From the IMG/VR virus record IMGVR_UViG_3300028175_000001: a stretch of 64,000 bases of DNA; one strand, written 5' to 3'. Under the pieces are notes generated by a model. That model did not search any database. It saw nothing but the letters and a program-made list of their open reading frames with translations, and had not been told where the DNA came from. The position numbers and the translations under genes were made by a program. This document shows positions 46,001 to 55,996 of this stretch, one piece after another; position 1 is the first letter of the stretch; the number at the start of each line of letters is the position of its first letter. This DNA comes from a virus.

Positions 46001-49000
46001 GGATATAAATCTGAACTAAAGGATGGTCTTAATTGTCTCTTATCGTAGTCAATTGACATAGAATAATCTTTATTAAAAACATCCCCGACACTATGTCCCG
46101 CAAATGGGTCTACAAGAATTCCATTTTTAAACCGATCATTATTATTAGAATCAGTAATGATTAATCCGTCTGCTTCTTTTTCCAATAAGCTAAGAGAAAC
46201 ATAATATTCGAGATTTTCAATTCTTCTTTCGAGCTTACCGACATCTCTCATCGTAAATCTCTTATTTTCAACATAATTTAATTTTACATCTTCTGCATTA
46301 AAAGTATATGCTGGTATTTCAAGATTATACAGTGTCATTGAATCTTCATTATCAGGAGGCAATTGCGAAAATTTATCAGAAACTCCTTCAATAACATCGA
46401 ATGTTTTATCTCTATTTAATACAATTTTATCTTTTCTTGAAATATAATATTCATAATCTGCATTAAATGTATAATCATAATCAGGCATTGCTTTTTCATT
46501 AAATACATTAGATGTTGCTGTAATATCATTGATTTGCGAACTAGTTCCATCAGATGTTTCATATCCTATTCGTTTAGGCCTAAAATCGATCATATCTCGT
46601 AGTTCAACTTTTGTCCCAGTCGTTGGACTCGTATATGAAGGAATATTATCATATAGCGTATTGCCAGAACCAGCATACATATAAGAATCAACAGTAAAGG
46701 GACCATAACCTGTGTGATTATAATAATCAACGATTGCTATTACTTGACCACTTGGTTTTTGTTCTCCGGTTTTTAACGTTATGGTTCCATAATCATAATA
46801 ATTGTCTTTTTGACCATTATCAAATATAAAGCTACTAGATATATTATGAGCATTTGCAGTATTAGACATAGCCTCAGATATCATAGCATTTGTAACTTCA
46901 ACATCTTCATCTAACGAAGATACAATTGCGACTAAGTTTTTAATATCAGATATTTTTAAACTGTTAGTCACACTAGGCTGAGCATTTATCGATGTTCCGA
47001 AATAAATTTGACCAGAATCTGCCTGAACGGTATTTGTCGAAGAAGATGTTATATTAGCAACTGTAACATTTCCTGATACTAGGGTTTTTGTACCAATACC
47101 ATCATTTGATCTTGTTGCTCCTGCTCCTTTAAACATCATTGTAGCATAAACATATATATTTTTGTTTGAATAGTTTGACGAACCTGCTCCACCATCCACA
47201 TTCATGATCAATTGATCTCCAGTCTCGTTTAAGGTCATCGATCTATTGGTTCCCACCGAAGTACCTGAAGCATTACTAAATTCAATATAATCACCTTCTT
47301 TGTTTCCAAGGCTGGCTTCAGTACAAAAAACCAAATAATTTGAATCTATAATAGATGGAGAAATTGCTCCTGCACCAGTTGCAGGATAAAACAGTTCTCC
47401 TGGTTCTGAAGCCGTTAGAGTTACAGTATTACCCGTGAGGGTCGTTGTAAATGATCTTTTTAATTTATAACTAGCCTTTGACAAGCCTGCAAGTGTTTTA
47501 TTTTGAAAAGGAAATACTAATGATCTTTGGTCTTCATTATTATCAAATAGAACAGTGTTTCCCGTTTCAGTTATATCATTTTTACCACTAATATCAATAT
47601 TCATAGCATTATCAATAACTGTTGGTGTACCAGCCGTTGTTGTCACAATAGAACTAATATCTTTAACACCAAAATTTAAAGAATAAGTTGTAGTAGCTTG
47701 AGTTGGTTGGGTCAATTCACTATTTAAAACGGCAGTATATGCAGTCGCCGGAGTTAAAGTTGTGCTAGCCCCAGTCCAAACAATAATCTCTCTAGTATCA
47801 GAAGTATTAACCCCCAAATAAGCAGTATTAACCGTTATTGTTGATCCAAACAAACAATTCACTGTAGGATAAGAAAATGCACCAGTCGTTGGTAATTTAA
47901 TTTGAAAAGTATTTGCATCAGCGGCGCTTACAGTACCCTCAGTTTTATTAAATATAAAATCAAATAAATGAGCATCGTATATTGCAGGATATTTTATATG
48001 ATAAGTACCGTTTGCATCAGCACCGTACCCATATTCTGAGGTTACAGTAGACGATCTTCCTGATTTAAAATCAAGTTGTCTTAATCTTACTGTTCCTATT
48101 TTTGTATTTGCTACCGATGCGGCTGTAGTAGTATCAATACCTACGTATTTGAATGCTCCATTAGATATAAAAGAAATGCCATTTGATGTTACTGTTCCAT
48201 GAAGTTGAGTTGTTGAAGGCCACTTAACTAAATGTAAATCCATTAAGTCGGCCCCAGTACCCCCAGACATTGAGTTAATAGATGCAGAATTTACACCTAA
48301 AGTAAAAGCAGTATTGGAGATAACATCTGTTACAACTGCATATGGCCCAAATTCAATCCCCTGTTTCTCTGCTGAAACTGTTTCTGTATCTCTGGCTTTA
48401 TTTAAATTCACATATGTAGGGAATAAAGTTTCATGTTCAAATCCTTTAATATATGCTTTTCCTGGACTTAATTCCGCGGTTATTTTTGAAGAAACACCAA
48501 TTCGTTGATTGATTCCCCCATCACCTAAAACCGTTCCAGTTGTTAATGTAAGAGACGTAGTATTTCCTATAGCGGCAACTTCTGCGGTTTTTCCAGTATT
48601 ACCAGAAAAGAATATAGTATCGCCGACATTTACATCTGCTATAAAATTTGAACCATTAGCCGTAATAATCGAACTTGCATTTGTTGATGTTCTGTCACTT
48701 GCTGTTCCTCCGATTTTATGATCAATAACATCAAGTACAAATGGTTTAACCGTAAAATCACCAGAAGCATCAAATGTTCTTCTTGCTAAAACCTTTTCAA
48801 GATTTCCCATTATGGGAAATTTTATTTCTTCTATTTTTTCACCATTTTCTAATCTTAATAGTTCAATAAAATTAATATCCGAACTTCTAGCAATGGGATC
48901 AATCACACCTGTTATATATACAGGAGTTCCAGTAGCAGGGGTTGATGGACTACCCTGTATCAAATAAGAAAATTCTGTAGTAGATCCGATTGCTGAAATT

Positions 49001-49941
49001 GTGTGTTTTCCATTATATTCTAATTCAGATATACCTGACACAACTACAACATCACCAATAGATAAATTATGATCAGTCGTTGTTGATATACTTACTATCC
49101 CCGATCTATTATCTTTTGTGTTAATGGCAAACGTAACACCGGACGAATTTATTGTCTTACCCGATTCGAAATACTCTTTTGTTGATAACACCAGTTCAAT
49201 TTTGTATCTATTTGCCCCAGGTGCAGTATAATTAGGAGTCCCTATCGCATTATCTAAAAGCGAGGAATCTTCAATACTGGAAATGATATTTTCTACAATC
49301 GTTAATCCTATTCTTATGGAAGGATTGTCATTTTCAATATCTAAAATGAGATTTTGAAAAGGAGTTCGTACAAAATAACCACCAATATAAAATAATCCCT
49401 CATTAATACTAATAACAGAACCCGCACCAGAAGCCAGAGATGTAATATCTGTCGATTCATCCAATCCATCAGCACTTCCGGCCACAGTCGCAAAAAAGAC
49501 TGTTCCTGCATCAACTGTAGAAATCGTTTCATTGTCTAAAAATGCAATATTGTCAACATAATTTATCATTAAAACGTCTAAATTGTCAGTCGAAAACTGT
49601 TTACTGGTTACGACTTCTGCTTTTGCACCAGATGTTTGACCTTGAATAATTCTACCGTTAAAATTAGAGGATATAATAGCAACACCAGAATATAATGGAG
49701 TCAATTTTAAAGAATTGATTTTATTATTTAAAATTAACTCTGCGCCCAAAATTTTAGAACCATCTTGATAGATACTATCTCCTACTTTCTCTAATTGAGT
49801 TTGCAGAATAGACTGTATCTGATTTAATTCTCTCGCCTGTACAGAATAGCCAGGCCGATATAGTATTTTATGAAAATTAGTTGATTCATCAAAATCATCA
49901 TAATAAGGTGATATGTTAAAATCTTGTGTTAATTTAGGCAT
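43078..49941 (-). CDS. Very large baseplate/tail-associated structural protein (DUF4815/VrlC-like)
   Basis: PYYDDF, ILYRPGYSVQARELNQIQSILQ, APGANRYKI, ARRTFDASGDF, LERRIENLEYY and RFKNGILVDPF; 2287 aa. Confidence 0.8.
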   Translation of the reverse strand: MPKLTQDFNISPYYDDFDESTNFHKILYRPGYSVQARELNQIQSILQTQLEKVGDSIYQDGSKILGAELILNNKINSLKLTPLYSGVAIISSNFNGRIIQGQTSGAKAEVVTSKQFSTDNLDVLMINYVDNIAFLDNETISTVDAGTVFFATVAGSADGLDESTDITSLASGAGSVISINEGLFYIGGYFVRTPFQNLILDIENDNPSIRIGLTIVENIISSIEDSSLLDNAIGTPNYTAPGANRYKIELVLSTKEYFESGKTINSSGVTFAINTKDNRSGIVSISTTTDHNLSIGDVVVVSGISELEYNGKHTISAIGSTTEFSYLIQGSPSTPATGTPVYITGVIDPIARSSDINFIELLRLENGEKIEEIKFPIMGNLEKVLARRTFDASGDFTVKPFVLDVIDHKIGGTASDRTSTNASSIITANGSNFIADVNVGDTIFFSGNTGKTAEVAAIGNTTSLTLTTGTVLGDGGINQRIGVSSKITAELSPGKAYIKGFEHETLFPTYVNLNKARDTETVSAEKQGIEFGPYAVVTDVISNTAFTLGVNSASINSMSGGTGADLMDLHLVKWPSTTQLHGTVTSNGISFISNGAFKYVGIDTTTAASVANTKIGTVRLRQLDFKSGRSSTVTSEYGYGADANGTYHIKYPAIYDAHLFDFIFNKTEGTVSAADANTFQIKLPTTGAFSYPTVNCLFGSTITVNTAYLGVNTSDTREIIVWTGASTTLTPATAYTAVLNSELTQPTQATTTYSLNFGVKDISSIVTTTAGTPTVIDNAMNIDISGKNDITETGNTVLFDNNEDQRSLVFPFQNKTLAGLSKASYKLKRSFTTTLTGNTVTLTASEPGELFYPATGAGAISPSIIDSNYLVFCTEASLGNKEGDYIEFSNASGTSVGTNRSMTLNETGDQLIMNVDGGAGSSNYSNKNIYVYATMMFKGAGATRSNDGIGTKTLVSGNVTVANITSSSTNTVQADSGQIYFGTSINAQPSVTNSLKISDIKNLVAIVSSLDEDVEVTNAMISEAMSNTANAHNISSSFIFDNGQKDNYYDYGTITLKTGEQKPSGQVIAIVDYYNHTGYGPFTVDSYMYAGSGNTLYDNIPSYTSPTTGTKVELRDMIDFRPKRIGYETSDGTSSQINDITATSNVFNEKAMPDYDYTFNADYEYYISRKDKIVLNRDKTFDVIEGVSDKFSQLPPDNEDSMTLYNLEIPAYTFNAEDVKLNYVENKRFTMRDVGKLERRIENLEYYVSLSLLEKEADGLIITDSNNNDRFKNGILVDPFAGHSVGDVFNKDYSMSIDYDKRQLRPSFSSDLYPLNFNANSEGGTAFSTLVNNSGILTLPFSSNTFIQMPLTGTNDGKNVQKTFQINPFSVQNYIGQMKLDPYGDVWYDQSSLVQVKVNVEGQYDNWTSSELTYNGHGTHWNDWEEIWSGTQINNNVKEGIRDTGDVRNNDRRAKTTDQTKTLTGLSTGSVPEKIIKSIGNKTVNLSIVPKVREQSITFIAKGLKPNKNVYAYFADSNMSANVKQASIVSLSNVSSSNVFRTTSGNFEQVTIQGSGVNASNTAKIIYMSDRNNQNNCTVLLTDMSAQTSFTIGTVIQGDRTQANGSISAISHYNFEDSQLTVSSEGVVGGVFNVPSGKFAGSQNLFRLTDDPDNIPAITTSVAEEIFHSAGVIDAKTDLGIVSPRPLISRRENIKEERITRSTSDGRQSTSTDYMNPMSQSFFIDKNQYSTGVFLDSVTLFFSGKDASQGIKSPVSLQIRPMINGMPSTSLIIPGSEVVLSPGRITANTNTPIANTSGGFPDGFLGNSYTANRSNTDRGTRTMFKFDHPIFLAPDEYSICVQTNSSAYKLYGFEYGAYHTGTSKKITKQPYVGSFFNPSNVGVWEELPDQGLMFQLNRCEFTSANAYARLDNFDVSSGNTSSNTTIDTFKLSTEITSFANTYTSFNYHATDLAGITKNVGVHFKENKNVDFKKQKQITYPQVANSSFTINVYFESANTLLSPILDETRTGVITIENLINNGSLSNSDIVVSDFGTGYYTAEVGSITSNVSSEGNTSVFVVSAPDIGSNTATIAANVHANGIINQVTVKHGGSGYISTPTITNWDINGTSSISDNVRRTTTAVVDIVGEGANNSVNIQPANVVSFSSGGNLKARYISRRVTLEEGFDAMDLKVYMDAYKPRGSNIYVYYKVLSGDDSESFDEKPWFLMEQKTASATYSLNENDFKRFEFKTIDEKIAYISATGGKYEKFRTFAIKLVMTLDRVAQDTFIGIPKLINLRAIALDSEGAP

Positions 49942-49944
49942 TCG

Positions 49945-51726
49945 TTAAAACTCCAATACAATCTTAAAATCTTCTACTTGATTTTGTAGTCTAGTAATTT
50001 TAGCTCTATTTTCAATATAAAGCACATCTCCACTATATAATTTCATTTCGGGTTGAATGACACCATCTGCTGAAATGGTTCCTGTTGAACTTGTGTTTGC
50101 ACCAGTCACAACATTGCTGTCTTCAAAACTGCCCTTTACTTCATTTATTCTTAGTGTTGTAGTATTTAGAAAATCAACAACAACACCATTAGCTGTACTA
50201 GTTGCTAAAGTCGATCCCGTATAAACTTTTTCGTTTGGTTGAAAATCACCCGCAACGCTTCCTAAAAATAAAGTGGTAGATTGATCAGATAATGAATCTG
50301 TAAAAAACGCAAGAGTATTTGCAGTTTGTAGGGGGTCTCTCAATAAACCAACTTGTCTATAATCATTAGATGTTGTAAATCTCCCCGATTCATTACCGGA
50401 AATGCGAGTATCAATCAAAATTCTATTTCCACCTAATTCTTCAATAGCATTTATTCCATGTCCACCAATTGGTCCAATAATAACTGTGGCATTTGCCCCT
50501 GCTCCATGACTCGAATTAGCATAAATAGTTGCTTCCGCTACTGTATAATTTAATCCTGATTGAGTAACAACTATTTCAGTTACACCCAGTAACTCAGTTC
50601 CTCTCGCTCTCCCTTTAAACAATGATCCATCCCCATTTAATGTAATAGACGGAGTTACTTCATAACCGGAAACAGTATTTGGTGTAACACTAAAAGCAGG
50701 TGAAACAGTTATTCTCTGAAGCAAGGCATCATACTGAGTGATAGTAGTTTGTTCACCCTGTCCCGCATTATTTACTATAAAAATTGTTGAATTTACATAT
50801 AGATCATTTAGTGTATTATTTGCACCCGATGATAATTGCATTACGGTGGAATTAGTTACACTTGCAAAAAATCCAGTATCAAATTTATATGTTGATGCGG
50901 GCTCGACAGAAATTGTTGCTCTAGAATTAGAAGATTCCCCTAACACAATTTCACCAACAGTAAATTTCGTGTTTCCTGCACTAATATCATAAATTAAACT
51001 ATTTGCCGCTGAAACAAAACTGATAAGAGATCCATATTGATTGGATGTTTGACCATGCAACACTTCACCAATAATAAAATCTTGATCATCACCAGCTGAA
51101 TTTATAGGACCAGCAGTAAATTCAGCGTTAAAATAACCATTCGCAGTTTTATTAATAATATCTATTTGCCCATCAACAGTAGCATCTTCGATTGCGGATT
51201 GTCTAGCATCTATACTTTTTTGTACAGGAATATAATCAGCCGTTACAAATTTTAAAGTATCCTGAGACGTAACTGTATACATGTATTTCCACTTATACCC
51301 ATCGGCAATTTCAATAACCGCTGTACCAGTACCAGTTGGTTGAATTGTTGAAGTACCATTTGATAAATTATTTTGTAAACACTTATATACATTTAAGTCT
51401 TCTGTGACAACATAAAAATTATTTGATAATTGGTCTGGATTTGTATGAGTATAAGCAGTATATGAAGTATTTGATTCCCAATTTATCCTTGCAATAACAT
51501 GTTTAACATCTGCAGGAGTAACCTTTTTTGCGGCAATCATCTGATCCCAATAACTATATAAAGTGTTCGCTACAGCTTCATTAGGTGCAGGTGGATTGGT
51601 TTCATCATCCCACTCCTGAACTTTTCCTATAAACAAATATAAATTTGTTGCTGAAGTTTCACTAAGAGACTCAATAAATTGCTCTGCGTTGTGTATTTTA
51701 AATTTTGTCGTTACTAGTCTAGCCAT
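49945..51726 (-). CDS. gp8: Baseplate wedge subunit gp8-like
   Basis: YLFIGK..W, FYVVTEDLNVYKCL, DGYKWKYMY, GGHG and YSGDVLYIENR. Confidence 0.85.
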   Translation of the reverse strand: MARLVTTKFKIHNAEQFIESLSETSATNLYLFIGKVQEWDDETNPPAPNEAVANTLYSYWDQMIAAKKVTPADVKHVIARINWESNTSYTAYTHTNPDQLSNNFYVVTEDLNVYKCLQNNLSNGTSTIQPTGTGTAVIEIADGYKWKYMYTVTSQDTLKFVTADYIPVQKSIDARQSAIEDATVDGQIDIINKTANGYFNAEFTAGPINSAGDDQDFIIGEVLHGQTSNQYGSLISFVSAANSLIYDISAGNTKFTVGEIVLGESSNSRATISVEPASTYKFDTGFFASVTNSTVMQLSSGANNTLNDLYVNSTIFIVNNAGQGEQTTITQYDALLQRITVSPAFSVTPNTVSGYEVTPSITLNGDGSLFKGRARGTELLGVTEIVVTQSGLNYTVAEATIYANSSHGAGANATVIIGPIGGHGINAIEELGGNRILIDTRISGNESGRFTTSNDYRQVGLLRDPLQTANTLAFFTDSLSDQSTTLFLGSVAGDFQPNEKVYTGSTLATSTANGVVVDFLNTTTLRINEVKGSFEDSNVVTGANTSSTGTISADGVIQPEMKLYSGDVLYIENRAKITRLQNQVEDFKIVLEF

Positions 51727-51731
51727 ATATG

Positions 51732-51739
51732 TATTTATA
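51732..51739 (-). promoter_or_regulatory. T4-type late promoter 5 nt before the gp8 ATG
   Basis: TATAAATA-CATAT-ATG. Confidence 0.75.
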
Positions 51740-51753
51740 TCAATAAAAAGTTT

Positions 51754-54700
51754 TTATGCTTGTATAAATTTAGATGTTTGATTATTAAATGTTGATAGTA
51801 TTTCAAATTTAAAACTACCCTCGTTTGAGGTGTTTCCAGAGTATCCCGCATTAGCAGTACCAATTCCATCTTCAAGAAGCATCAGTCCCGTAGAACTTGA
51901 ATTAATAGACAAATTCATGAAATTATTTGAACCATCATAAGGATTCGATAAAGATATTGTACCTTCGTTTCTTTCTAGATCAAAATTTCTTAAAGTATGT
52001 AAGGTTACAGTTTGGTCAGTTGTTCCATCACCTATTGCTCTATTTAAAGTTAAAGTTTGATCCGTTATTGATAAAATTTTTGCTTTAAATAACTCATCAG
52101 AAGACACTGTAATAATATCATTTACCAATAAATCTTCACCAAAAACAGAATTTTGTCCTTCTAAATTAGTATTTCCTGATAAAATACCATTCGTATTGGT
52201 TGTCCCTCTTACTGTAGATTCAAGCAAATTATAATGCAGTATATCATCATTATCGAATTTAGTAGACGTAGGATCGATATTATTTAAAACAAACTTATCA
52301 CTATTTTCTGTAATAAAAAATTCACTTGATTCAGACATAAAATTAAAAGAAATATCCGTACTTATTGCAGTATTTCCCACTAAACATGTAGAATTAATTA
52401 TTTCAATTACTTCTGCAAGTTGCAAAGTTGATGATGGTTTAATCCTATCATTTATTCTAAAATCTGCCTGAAAATCTGTCGATATACCAAAAATCACATT
52501 TGATTTAATATATTGAAATGATGCAGTTGTAATTAGATCAGCATTTCGATATATACTATCTTCTAATGCAATAATTGATACTCCATCTTCTTCCAATACA
52601 AGATCGCCTATCAAATCAGCAGAAGTTCCTTCTAAAATCATATTATATGTTGTTATATCAAGTAATGAAGTATTACCAACTGTAGAATTTGCGTTGCTTG
52701 AAATGTCAAATTGACCATTACAAGAATGTAAAATTAATATATTATTATTTGATGCATCTAATTCATGTTTAAGCACAATCCCTGTTACCAATTCATTCGA
52801 TGCGGCTCTTACTTGTGTAACTATACTATTTGATATAAAATTAGCACTAGCATTAAAATCATTTGGTATCGTTGTAGTTTGGGGATAAGTTGCACCCATT
52901 CCTATAATAGAAATAACATTTGTTGATGATGATGATATTGTTCCTGCTAAATAATTTTCTAATCTTAATTCTCCATAAGAAATTTCAAAAGATTGTTCAT
53001 TGTCAATAATTACTTGGTCTCCCTCAGCATAGGTTAGTCCGAAATCAGTAGCTATTGGATTATTAAATGCTAATTTTACACTATCTTCTAATATAAGAAT
53101 TCCTCCAGAATCTAGAGTCATATAAGCATTTACTGTTCCTTGTAATATATTAGATCCACCCGTTAAAGAAATTAATCCTAAAGATAAATTTTGATTATTA
53201 TTAAATATAATTTCATGTTTTGGATCGGAAGATTCTTCTAACAAAATATCATCATCATCTTCTTTTATCGCAAAATCTCCGCCTTCATATTTTAATTTAT
53301 TATCAAAACCAACATTCAGTTCAACGAGTTCTGGTGTAAATTCTCCAAAAAGTTTTGTTCCCGTAGGATGTAATAATTTAAAAATTATTTCTTGATAGTC
53401 GTTGAGTTGTTTATTTACAATTAAAGAATAAGAATAGTCTTGATAAAAATCACTATCAATGAGTTTTTTATTAGAACTTAATTGCCCATTTTCATCAAGA
53501 TATATTCCCTCTTCTTTTCTCTGCGCACCAATTCTTGCAGTTAAAACCGCATTTTCTTCACCAAGACCAGGCAATGATACTTGAGGAGAAGATGTAAACC
53601 CAATTCCAGGATCTTGAATTATTATTGATTTAATAGAACCGCTACCAACATCAGCGGCAGAAACACCAATAATTGCATTATTTCCTAAATCTCCCCCGGA
53701 AGAAAAAGCAACACCTGTATTTACAGTTGCAACCGCTCCCGATTTGGAACCAGTAATAATGTCATTTGAAGCAAAATCAACAGAAGAAAAAGCATATTCA
53801 TCATCAACACTATGACCAAAAGGCAATGTAAATTTTACAGAAATATTTTCATCATATGTAATAGTTCCGGTTGCAGGAGTTACTGGAGAACCGTTTACAG
53901 TATACGTAAAAACAGTTGTATTTGCTAGTGCAATTGTTGCGTTCTTATTATATTCTAATTGATCTGCTCCTTTAATAGCAACTATTTGACCATCAACTAA
54001 ACCATGTTTCCCATATGTGATCACTGTTGCGGTCGTACTGGAACGTGTAATGCTTGTTATACCAAAATTTAATGTCTGATAACCACCCGTTATTTCTATT
54101 CCGCCTGATGAAGGATACCAATCACATGTTAAATTATTGTTAGCACTATTAAACAATTCTCTAGAATCAATACCCCGTCTATATTTTATTGTATTAATAA
54201 GGGATGATCCCCCAGAGACAAATCGTAAATGATATACTGATGGCTGTGAAGATGTTAAATAAGAAGAATTGTTTACAAGTATATCATTTCTTTGATCTGC
54301 AGGAATCTTTCGAGTTACTAGTTCATCTAGAAATTTTATAGTCTTTACTCTCATCCTAGAAGGATCGGCAATACTAGATTGAGAAGTAACTTCGCCAAAA
54401 AATGTACCTATTTTATTTCCACTGTTTGAAGTAATTTTTTCTCCAGGAACAAAAAAATCTGTAATTGCAGTTGTTAAACTATGGTCATCAGGATCGGCAT
54501 TTAAATTTAAAATTTGAACAGCCGCTTCTGTAAATTCTTCAGTGGTGGGCTCTACAATTGATATCGCAGGAATAGCCTCATACCCGGTACCTGATCCGGT
54601 TGTTTGTATACTAGAAATGTGTCCCGCATCTAGTTTAGAAAAACCCAACGCATCAATCAATTTATCACTTATATTTGATCCAGTATTTCCACTCAATTCA

Positions 54701-55995
54701 TATTCAGGATCATTTAAAAAAACTGATGAAAAATTTCCTATTATGTCTTCATTTTTCGAAAATGTAAAAGTATCAATGATATCTTTAACTTTACCATCAA
54801 AACCACTTCCCAATGTAGCAAAATTATTTACAGTCAACGTTTTATTTTCAACATATCCGTCTCCACCATCAAACACAGTAAAATGAGTTAATGAACCAGC
54901 ACCAATAGTTGATATTTTTGCTTTTGCTTCAACGCCCCCTCCACCAGTGATTGTGAGTTTTTGGCCTATTTTATAGTTCGATCCTGCTGAAGAAATGATA
55001 ATTTCAGTTATTAATCCTTGTGATACACCTGTACCATACACTCCATCAACATCATTTGAAATAATTTCTTCGCCTACAATAAATGTTCCACTTTGGTCGG
55101 TTAAAAACAATTCCATTACATCAAAAACACCAGCCGCAAATTTCAAAACACGATTTACAATTCCAAATGCACCAGATCGACTTCCTGTAATAGAATGGCT
55201 TTCAAATGATGATACGGGATCTGAAGTAATAATTCTAATAGATTGATCTTGTTGCCAATTACCAGAAGAAGGCTTAAGTATGTCTATTTTTGGGGTATAA
55301 AAAGTAAGAGCTTGTGTATCATATAAAGACTTAAATAAAAAATCGTATGAAGCACTTGTTCCTTTTGATCTGTAAACATTAGATATATGTTTTATTAAAC
55401 GAGATTTATCTGCACGTAGCTTCATGGGAAAGTTTACTAAAAATTCTTTAGTAAAATTATCCAACATAGATGATGTAACACTATCGATATCTCTTGATTT
55501 TAATAATGTTCTTGATGCGAAAAGGGGATTTTTTTCAAAACTAATTACAGTACCAATTGTGCGATTATTCGATCCTTTTATTATTTCGCCTACTTCAAAA
55601 TCTAATTTTGTTACATTTGTTACATAAATTTTACTTGACGCCGTATTAGTGTTTCTATCAACCCTACCCGTAGCACCTGAACTTAAACCAGTTATTGTTT
55701 CGTTTAAATCATAGGCGCTACTAGAATTTCTATTTCCCTCCAGTAATAAGTCATCAGACGTTTCTAAAATAAAACTACCTTGTTCAGACTCTAAATTAAA
55801 ATGATACTCGTCTTGAATCACCATTGAAATAGTTAATTCATGTGATTCCATCCATCTATAATAAAGTTTTAAAAACTCAGAAAAAATTGGACCTTCTTCT
55901 TTAACGAAATCTGGTAATTGAGTATCTATTAAATTAGATATTTTACCCACTAATTTAATATTATCTTCGTCTTTTAAGAAATCGTATTCTGACAT
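51754..55995 (-). CDS. gp7: Baseplate wedge initiator gp7-like
   Basis: QLPDFV, FLKLYY, YRSKGT..SY.FLFK.LY, DSDFYQDYSY and LLHPTGTKLFG; lies between gp6 and gp8. Confidence 0.8.
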   Translation of the reverse strand: MSEYDFLKDEDNIKLVGKISNLIDTQLPDFVKEEGPIFSEFLKLYYRWMESHELTISMVIQDEYHFNLESEQGSFILETSDDLLLEGNRNSSSAYDLNETITGLSSGATGRVDRNTNTASSKIYVTNVTKLDFEVGEIIKGSNNRTIGTVISFEKNPLFASRTLLKSRDIDSVTSSMLDNFTKEFLVNFPMKLRADKSRLIKHISNVYRSKGTSASYDFLFKSLYDTQALTFYTPKIDILKPSSGNWQQDQSIRIITSDPVSSFESHSITGSRSGAFGIVNRVLKFAAGVFDVMELFLTDQSGTFIVGEEIISNDVDGVYGTGVSQGLITEIIISSAGSNYKIGQKLTITGGGGVEAKAKISTIGAGSLTHFTVFDGGDGYVENKTLTVNNFATLGSGFDGKVKDIIDTFTFSKNEDIIGNFSSVFLNDPEYELSGNTGSNISDKLIDALGFSKLDAGHISSIQTTGSGTGYEAIPAISIVEPTTEEFTEAAVQILNLNADPDDHSLTTAITDFFVPGEKITSNSGNKIGTFFGEVTSQSSIADPSRMRVKTIKFLDELVTRKIPADQRNDILVNNSSYLTSSQPSVYHLRFVSGGSSLINTIKYRRGIDSRELFNSANNNLTCDWYPSSGGIEITGGYQTLNFGITSITRSSTTATVITYGKHGLVDGQIVAIKGADQLEYNKNATIALANTTVFTYTVNGSPVTPATGTITYDENISVKFTLPFGHSVDDEYAFSSVDFASNDIITGSKSGAVATVNTGVAFSSGGDLGNNAIIGVSAADVGSGSIKSIIIQDPGIGFTSSPQVSLPGLGEENAVLTARIGAQRKEEGIYLDENGQLSSNKKLIDSDFYQDYSYSLIVNKQLNDYQEIIFKLLHPTGTKLFGEFTPELVELNVGFDNKLKYEGGDFAIKEDDDDILLEESSDPKHEIIFNNNQNLSLGLISLTGGSNILQGTVNAYMTLDSGGILILEDSVKLAFNNPIATDFGLTYAEGDQVIIDNEQSFEISYGELRLENYLAGTISSSSTNVISIIGMGATYPQTTTIPNDFNASANFISNSIVTQVRAASNELVTGIVLKHELDASNNNILILHSCNGQFDISSNANSTVGNTSLLDITTYNMILEGTSADLIGDLVLEEDGVSIIALEDSIYRNADLITTASFQYIKSNVIFGISTDFQADFRINDRIKPSSTLQLAEVIEIINSTCLVGNTAISTDISFNFMSESSEFFITENSDKFVLNNIDPTSTKFDNDDILHYNLLESTVRGTTNTNGILSGNTNLEGQNSVFGEDLLVNDIITVSSDELFKAKILSITDQTLTLNRAIGDGTTDQTVTLHTLRNFDLERNEGTISLSNPYDGSNNFMNLSINSSSTGLMLLEDGIGTANAGYSGNTSNEGSFKFEILSTFNNQTSKFIQA

Positions 55996-55996
55996 A